Below, in pieces: positions 25,601 to 35,073 of a stretch of 41,463 bases of DNA. Made by a program: the position numbers and the translations under genes. The stretch lies in assembly GCF_001194135.2 (NCBI RefSeq), contig NC_068987.1, positions 75,360,520 through 75,401,982 on the forward strand, in the 5' to 3' direction. The DNA comes from Octopus bimaculoides (taxonomy: Eukaryota). The notes beneath the pieces are model-generated. The model saw nothing but the letters and a program-made list of their open reading frames with translations, was not told where the DNA came from and did no database searches. How positions within the stretch are numbered: the stretch's first letter is position 1; every line of letters begins with the position of its first letter.

Positions 25601-28600
25601 TCTACTGGGAAGTATGAAGGGGGGGGGTCCATAGTCAAATACGAACCAATAAATAGCTCGAGTCTGCATGTTACTGAGTTCTAGTCACACCGGAAATTTA
25701 TTTTAACATTTTATTTCTCCGTAGACTGAAGCAATGCACTGAAGGCTTATATGCTAATCTCTCCGTCTTACAAGAATGTGCCCTGTTGCTAAGAAATAAA
25801 TAATTATTTTAACTTAATTAAATCTGTGGTTTGTGACTAGCGCAAAATACAATCTCTCGAAGAAGCAAATCTGCAACGCTTTTCAGATTCCAGACTGACT
25901 TCAAATGACTACCCTTAGAACATTCTAAGCTCTTGAAAAAGTTATGTAATTAATTATATCCCATTTCTCTGAATCTAAAATATGAAGGCTTTTGTGCCGC
26001 TTAAAAAAATAAGACACCAATTGTTATTGTTAATTCAGCCCAAGTCGGATGAATTGATTCTAAGCGACTGTTTTATAGACTTTGTGTTTTGTTGTCTCTT
26101 TTTAACAAGAAGGCCAAGTTTGTTTACCGAAGGCATCCATGGAAATGAAACATCACCGCAATGCATATTCTTGAAACATATTTTATTGGCCCTTGAATGA
26201 TAGAACAAATAATGTCAAACCTTTATATGTAGTTAAAACCGACTTGGAGGAACAAATGAACTCGACTACTATAATGATTCAGTCGACTGCTTTAACTCTT
26301 CAGTAAACTTACAAATTAGAATATGATCAGCTTTTAATACTCGGTTGACACAAGTTCACTCCCATTTTGCAACTGCTAACTGAACGTGAGAAAGTCATGA
26401 ACGTCTCACAATGCTAGAAATATCAATCAAATATCTTCCGAGGGATAAGAGGCGTTTTGGCCTCAGTAGATTTGGTGTCGCATATTTGGCATCTGATTCG
26501 ACACCGACATATTTGGCATCAGACTTTTTAATGATTCTCTCATTCCTCCTCCTCTCCCTCTTCTCTTTTCCCGTTTATGTGAGTGAAACATATTTCTCCA
26601 CGGGTATGAGCAGAGAGAAAATGTTTGTCAATCATGTTCAATTTATAAATTGTAATGTCTCTCTCTCTTTCTCTCTCTCTAACTCGCTCACTCTATCTGG
26701 ATATCTATATTCAGCTGTGACAAGTCGTCAGCACCCAAACAGCTGCATCCAATCATTTCACTCCGCTCCTGAAGCACATATTACAACCAATGAACAGCCA
26801 ATAGACTAACTGCTAGTAATGCAACAACATTCTAACCGAAAAAAATGTGATTCTTCAGCATGTATGCATGACAGCAGTCATGAATGTACCTTGCAAAGGT
26901 ACGGTCACGACCAGTACGTAGGACCTTTTCGTTCTCCTTGCAGTCCGCCCTGACGTGGCCCTTTTTACCACACTGGAAGCAACGAGGTTAGCGACGTTCT
27001 ACCACAACTTTTTGAGTTGTTGTGCCGTCTCTCGGTAGTACGGAGAGATGGCAGGTGGAAGACGAGTATATTCGGACCTGAGCGAGACTGAGTTGTCCTC
27101 TACGGAGGAGGAACTGGTTAAGGCAGCAAAGATGTAGGACGCATGTTTGAAAGAGAAAAGTTTTGCAGAGGCAACCGAGATGGAAAGGAAGAAAATAAAC
27201 CTGGAAAATATGGAAAAAGACAGTAGAATGTCTGTAAAGGTGGGGAACGACGTGAGGTTGTCCCTACCGGAGACAAGGATGGAGGAAATACAAAAGAAGA
27301 TGGTAACTTATAAAGTTTACTCAGTTGAGAAAAAGAGAATCAACCACATGGAGGAGAGAGAGAGATAGACAAGGCGCTGAAGACAGTCTGGCCAGATATT
27401 ACCTACCTGGCCAGAGGAGGAAAGTTCGGGACGATTGTCGTCCATTATAAAACGGAGAAAAAGCGATAGCCCACGCTGCCAAGGTGTTAAAAACGGAAAA
27501 GGTAGTCCTCTTGCCGTCTTACATGGGTAAGAGGATTGCCAAAATCAAAGTGGAAGGGATTCCCCTTGAAATCGATGCGGCTTGGGTGGTGGGGGCTATC
27601 ATTATTGAAAGAAAAAAGGAGGTGAAGGTGGTTCAAGCAGAAGTGATGGAAGGAGCAACATGGAAGGGACAAATCGTCGAAATTACCGTCCAAGCTAAGA
27701 TGGAGGTCCTCGAAGTGCTACCCGAGAACCTGTGGATTGGGGATTTGAGCCTGAAAGTATGGGTGGAGGGCAGGATTCCTCGCCGTTTTAAATGTGGCCT
27801 GAAAGGCCACATAAGAGCGAACTGCCCTCCACCACCTAAAATGGTAGAAGAGCGACAGCCGTACCACAGGAGAGGATACAAGAAGTAGAAGTAGAAAAAG
27901 AAACTCCAGTATTAGGAGATAGGGAATGGGAAATAGCCGGGAAAAGAAAAGAAAGAAAAAGAAAGTAAGTACTTTACTTGTGAACCCCAATCCTCTCCCT
28001 TTTCACCACACCCTCCCCATGCAGGCACCAAACCTACCCATTCCCCTCCAACAAGAAAACAGAAAAGAAATGCAAGCACACATGCTGTAGATATGGTTCC
28101 TCCTCCCCCTGTTTGTTTTGTTTGCGTTCTGTATGCGGACGCGGAGGATGACATTGTAAACCGGATGAGCGAGTGGAAGGATGGGGTTGAAGAGGAATTC
28201 TGGGGTGAAGATGGTGAGACTATGATATGCCAATTGTTAAATAAGGCACAAATGGAAATAGTTAAAAAGAATGATAAAGGTATTGAGTTGTGGAAGGTGA
28301 TCGGGGATAGAGAGAAATTGCCAAAACAGACCTGTTATACCGAACAAAAAAAAAAGAGTATGATATTGAACAGCTGGATTTTAGATGTATATACTTGAAC
28401 GGCAAAACGGTTTCAATGTAACCACTCGACTTCGGGGTTCGAGTGGGCATTCCGCCTCATTATATCATCTTTTTCATGATTCATTCGTTTTCTTAAAAAT
28501 TTTGCTTCTTTCTTTATGACTCCGTTTTATAATTTTGGTTCCCCGATATTGTGTTTGTACTGCCTATGTTCGCCCCTGGTGGATAATAAAGAAATCGATC

Positions 28601-30696
28601 TGTACGTAGGATCACGTATACAGACGCATAACCAGAGATGGCAAGAATTAAATAGCTTTTCCTTTCAACGGTACAACTTAGAAATTGCACACGACATAAC
28701 TGCAACTTTATTCTCTGAAGCAATTTTGGTGGGGAAGAAATTAACTTAAGATTATTTTAAAAATCAGTTTTTTTCTCTTTCTCTCTCTGAGTTTCATAAA
28801 TATATATATGTATGAATATCTTTGTGTGTGTGTGTGTGTGCGTATTGTTGTGCATGTATTTTTACCAACAAGCTGCACAGACACATAGAAAAGAAACCGA
28901 TAACTGAGATATAATCGGAATATTTCTGAACGTTCTATCCTCGTCTGAAAATTGTCTCCCAGGATGAAACTTTGAATAATGAAATCTAAAGTGGTTTGTG
29001 GCATATTTCAGTTGCTAAAAGGCAAATACACTGCAGTTACCGTGGAGAATATATCTCCTTAGCGCTGACATTTTGTTATTTTCCTCGATCGGGCGATCTA
29101 CTAGCGCAAATCAGTCAACGTTGTTGACTGAATTATGCATAAGGCTATGGCTTTATAAGTTCCTTCAGAGTTGCCTCTCTTAGGTACATCTCATTGACAA
29201 GGGCCAAGAAGCTTGAAACCTCGATGTCTGAGATTCCTAATAGGTGGCAACACTGAATGAACCGGATGTTTTCACACCGCTTTACTATAAGAGATATATA
29301 TTCTCCACAATAACTGCAGTGTATTTGCCGCCACAAACATATTTCAACTAACCTAAATTCTATATGTATATATATATAAATTCCAAATAATAAGAAGACA
29401 AAGAAATACTTTAGCACATCTTTAATGATTAGTTACATTTATTTCTGTGCCAACTCTGTTTGCGACACCAATTTACACAAACAATCGAAGTGAAAATCTA
29501 CGTAATGTTTGCGGTTTTAGATATTAGAGTGGCACTTCATCAGGCTTGCATCAAAGGCGGGCTGTCACATTGTGCGTCTTCCAGCCATTGTTTTTTTGGC
29601 TTATATCAAGAGGAAACAAAAAGTAAATAAAAGTGCGGTTAAAGGACGAGGAATTAGCGTAGAGATCACGTGGGGAGGATATAGAGGAAGAATACGAAGA
29701 AGAAAGAAGGAAGAAAAAGAAAGAAGGCGGGGAAAAGCAAGAAGAGAAAGGAGAAGAAAAGGAGAATAAGACGGAGAAGAAAAGGAGAAGAAAGTGAAGA
29801 AGGAGAAGAATGAGAAGAATCTAAGGACGTTAATTAATGAGGAAGGGTATATATAGCAAACCACTTTATCTGGACTAAAGATTTTCATAGTGGTCAGTGA
29901 GTACAGCATTGCCACTTGTACTAAATTTCGTTTGGTGGGTGAAAATCTATTTGACCACTAGACAACATTCACCAGCAACAACGTTTAAGTAGGCGGAAAG
30001 GAGATGCGATTAAACTAATAACTCTGCCAATTGCCAAGGAATAGAATAAATAATGTGCGTGGCGAGGAAATAATGTGGTTTGTAGTAGGATGGCATAAAT
30101 CACCTGCTAGCTAGTAGACCTATTCTGTTACCTTAGAGTATATAAGCAGGGGAAAAGAGATGCAAAAAATTAAAAAGAGAGGGAAATCTAATAGGGGTGG
30201 ATGTGCCCCAAAGAGTTAAAGCGGAAACTAAGAATTTAGAGTTTAATTGAAAACTGGTCAAGAAATTTATAAACCATGTTAGTTTTGAACGAATATGGCT
30301 TAGGTGAATTGAAGATATAATAAAAAATAGAGAATATATAGAGAAACCAACTATAGAAACGATGAATGAATGAATGAATAAATAAATAAATAAGATGTAT
30401 AGATTGAAAATAAATATTTGGCTAGAGGTACATATATAACAACCCTATGAAGGAGACTGAGGGTAAAAGTGATTAAGGTAAATATATAATGTATTACGTT
30501 TAAAAATTAGAAAATTAAATTCAGATTAAGAGTCTAGAATCAGCAAAAATAAAACATGATATTTGTTTTGCATTACGTTGCTAAATCTTTATAAGTGGAG
30601 TTGATAAGGCGTGAGGGTACAAAGGGATTAGGTTTGAATATATAGTGTATTACGTTTGAATTATGTAATACATTATATATTATGTATTACGTTTGA

Positions 30697-30732
<36 letters not shown>

Positions 30733-33700
30733 TATGCAAAGTGAATCGTTGGTGATTTTTTTTCCTCCGTCTTCCTTTTCTATTGGACTTTCCTCTGTTT
30801 CTGAAGAAGAGCTGTGCTCGAAACGTTAAAGCATCTTTCTTTCCTTCCCTGAGCGTCTGCTAATACTTTACATGTACCACGTCCCTGCGTTATTGTTTTT
30901 TTGTCTTCGTTTTGTTTTTTATTTTATATATACATATACACACAGACACACATATTGAGAGAAAGAGACTTCTTTCCAATAACTCCAAAAGTATATTTTC
31001 AAGAAGTGGGTATGGATCATTGTAGAGACCATCTTTTCTCAACAGAACTAAAATAGAGGAGTGGAAAACGAATTGGATTAGGCTTAACGAGAAATCAGAA
31101 CTGTATCATCGTCCCTTTGTTCTATTGCGCCCAGCACATTACAAATATTTAACATTGTATATAATAAATTTTATTGTAGATCTAAACCTGAGACTACAGA
31201 AAAAATGTTTTTATGTTGAATGTGTTTTGCTTGTTATCTTATTTGCAGTCACGGAAGAATATTTTGTGTTATTAACTATATATATTGGTCTTTTCCAGAT
31301 TACGACTCTTTTGAATGATTTGTACAGCACATTCGATTCCGTGCTAGAAAATTTCGATGTTTACAAGGTAAAAATATTTTGAGCATTTTATTTATCTTGT
31401 ATCTTTTATCGTTTAATGTTTCAGTAATTTGACTGTGGCCATGCTGGGGTACCATCTTGAATGATTATGTCGAGAAAATCGACCCCCGGTGCTTATTTTT
31501 TAAAAGTCTAGTTCTTATTCTATCGTTTCATTTATCGAACGCTAAGTTACGGAAATGTAAACAGACCAATACCGGTTATCAAGCGGTGGACAGGACAAAC
31601 GTACACACTCGTATATATAACAGGCTTCCACACAGTTTCCGTCTACTAAATTCGCTCACAAGGTACTGATTGGCCTGGAGTTGTAGTAGAAGGTACTTGC
31701 CTAAGGTGCCTCACTGTCGGACTAAACTCGAAACTTCGTGATTGTAAAGCAAGCTTCTTAAGCATACGGTCATGCAAGCAGCAGTCATTGAAGGAAATGG
31801 GTGAAGACAAGACTATACAGTATGCTATATAATTATCAATACTGGGTATGTTTTCTTGCAACTAGTTGGCTAACTCGCTTAGAGTATTGAAATAAGTACA
31901 GTATTCATCTCTCCGCTTTACGCTCTGAATTCAAATACCATCTACGTTATCTCCTCAGTGCTGAATAAATAGATACTAGTTTGTATGAAACATTGTCTGA
32001 AATATAAAAAAAATGTTTTTTAACGTATTTATAAGCCAAAACGATACAAATTATGAGAACTAATACAAATAGATGTTTTATACTTGTACCGTGTATTTCA
32101 ATATTTCGGGATTAGGATCCCCTCTTCAGAAATCTTCAGTGTGTGTGTGAAGTGTTGCTTTGCACTAGTAATATTCGAAAACAGAGTAAGGCGGTGAGCT
32201 TGCAGAAGCGTTAGCACGCCGGGCGAAATGCTTAGCGGTATTTCGTCTGCCGTTACGTTCTGAGTTCAAATTCTGCCGAGGTCGACTTTGCCTTACATCC
32301 TTTCGGGGTCGATTAAATAAGTACCAGTTACGCAGTGGGGTCGATATAATCGACTTAATCCGTTTGTCTCTCCTTGTTTGTCCCCTGTTTGTGTAGCCCC
32401 TTATGAGCAGTAAAGAAATAAGAATCGTTAGCACGTCGCGAGAAATGCTTAGCGACATTTCGTCTGTCTTTATATTCCGAGTTCAAATTCCATCGAGGTC
32501 GTCTTTGCTTTCCACCCTTTCGGAGTCGATGAAATAAGTACCAGCTGAGCACTGGGTCAATATAATCGACTTACCCCTCCCCCAAAATTGCTGACCTTGT
32601 AAAATTTGAAAATTTGAAACCAATATTCGCAAACAAACTGTAATAAATTATATCATGATTTCTAACTATTTGCAAATATTCAGCTGTGAAGGAAACAAAA
32701 CTGGTGAGATGGGAAATAATCCTCCACAAAACTAGGTTGTCTTTTCTTCTAACGATTCTGAGGACATAATCGAAGGAAAATAATAGCCACGTTCAAATTC
32801 ATGCAGTCACTGGGTCTTAGATCTTTCAGAATGTTATTTATACAAACTGTTGTACTTTACGTGACGGAATGGTGGAGTGGGAGTATTATCCAGCTGTGAT
32901 TTTACTATCAAACATCTACGTCTCCTTGCCTTGTATAGTCGCTCTGTTTACTACCAACTACATCTCCTTCGGAGGCGCGTGGCTTAGTGGTTAGGGTATC
33001 AGCACCATGATCATAAGATTGTGGTTTCGATTCCTGGACCGGGCGACGCTTTGTGTTCTTGAGCAAAACACTTCATTTCACGTTGCTCCAGTCGACTCAG
33101 CTGGCAAAAATGAGTAACGCTGCGATGGACTGGCGTCCGGTCCAGCCGGGGGAACACATACGCCATTGAAACCGGGAAACCGGGCCCATGAGCCTGGCTA
33201 GGCTTTAAAAGGGCGCNNNNNNNNNNCTTTCTCTCACTCTTACTTCCTGTTTCTGAAGTGCCTGTAATTCAAAGGGTCAGCCTTGTCACACTGTGTCACA
33301 CTGAATATCACCGAGAACTACGTTAAGAGTACACGTGTCTGTGGAGTGCTCAGCCACTTGCAGGTTAATTTCACGAGCAAGCTGTTCCGTTGATCGGATC
33401 AACTGGAACCCTCGACGTCGTAAGCGACGGAGTGCCAACAACAACAACAACAGTATGCGCCACTGCGTGAGGAGTTGAGAACAGCTGGGATGATTTGAGT
33501 TCTAATACCACCAAAACCAGTTTTGTCTTTTCATGTCTCCAGACTCGATAAAATAAAGTAGCAGTTGGAATCTACTAAACCCGTCAACTCAAAATTGCTG
33601 CTCTTGTGCTCCTTCAAATTTCAGGCCTTGTGCCTTTAGTAGAAAGGATTATTATTATTAATATTAAGGTGGCGAGCTGGCAGAATTGTTATGAGTTCAA

Positions 33701-35038
33701 ATTCTGTCGAGTTTGACTTTGCCTTTCATCCTTTCGGGGTCGAAAAATTAAGTACCGGTTACGCACTAGAGTCTATGTAATCGACTTAATCTCTTTGTCT
33801 GTTCTTGTTTGTCCCCTCTATGTTTAGCCCCTTGTGGGCAATAAAGAAATAAAAAACGTGAGCACGCGGACAAAATGTTTAGCAGCGTTTNNNNNNNNNN
33901 NNNNNNNNNNNNNNNNNNNNNNNNNNNNNNNNNNNNNNNNNNNNNNNNNNNNNNNNNNNNNNNNNNNNNNNNNNNAAAAAAAAAAAAAAAAAAAAAAAAA
34001 AAATTCAGGCCGAAAGTAGAAAGGATTATCATTATTAATGCGATTAGTTGGTAGAAACGTTAGCACGCCGGGCGAAATGCTTAGCGGTATTTCGTCTGCC
34101 GCTACGTTCTGAGTTCAAATTTCGCAGAGGTCGACTTTGCCTTTCATCCTTTCGGGGTCGAAAAATTAAGTACCGGTTACGCACTAGAGTCTATGTAATC
34201 GACTTAATCTCTTTGTCTGTTCTTGTTTGTCCCCTCTATGTTTAGCCCCTTGTGGGCAATAAAGAAATAAAAAACGTGAGCACGCGGACAAAATGTTTAG
34301 CAGCGTTTCGTCTGTCTTTATATTCCGAGTTCAAATGCCACCGAGGTTAACTTTACCTTTCATTCTTTCGGGGTCGATAAAATAAATACCAGTCGAGCAC
34401 TAAAGTCGATGTATCAGTATAACATTAAGTTAATACTGGTTACAATTGTTTTGGTAGCATTCTGCTTCGAAATACGTTATACGTGATTTAATTAAGTGTG
34501 ATAAATTATACAAGATTCCTATAATTGATACAAAACTGAAGTGATGCGGAACGCCACCATCTTCACTTACAATTAAAGCTTATTATCATACATGGTATGC
34601 GAAAGAATATTTCACATTCTTTACATATTCCAAGTAGCCAAAACGACAAAAATAATAATAATACCAATAGCGCTAATGAAGATATTAATAAAAATATCAG
34701 TAACGATTATAGTAGCAGCAGCAACAATAATAATTATGTGCGTGTGTGCGCGTGTGTTTGTGTTTGTGCGTGTTTGTGCGTGTGTAGTGTAGAAAAGGCG
34801 ATATACATGGCTTTCTGTGATATTTTGAAAATTTGCAGTATTGATTATGATTAAAAGCTTTAGAGTAGAAGGTAGCTATTAAAGCTAGGTACAGAGTACC
34901 GCAAGACTTAAATGATTGTGATTAACATTGACTATTTGTAGCAGAATAGCAAAATTGAAGAAACCTTTAAAAACAGGCAAAACACAAAAAAGAAAAAAAA
35001 ACATTTATTTTTATAAAGGTAATCAATTCTGGTTTACA

Positions 35039-35073
<35 letters not shown>

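Noticed and set aside
29145-29417. Minus ORF with HCSYCGEYI resembling a GIY-YIG/Penelope endonuclease
   Set aside because: It overlaps the structured hammerhead and inverted repeat; the YIG Gly and downstream catalytic pattern are missing and there is no RT nearby.
29487-29543. Minus-strand CTGATGA followed by a GAAGTG/CACTTC stem
   Set aside because: The stem is followed by GATT rather than GAAA, so there is no hammerhead core.
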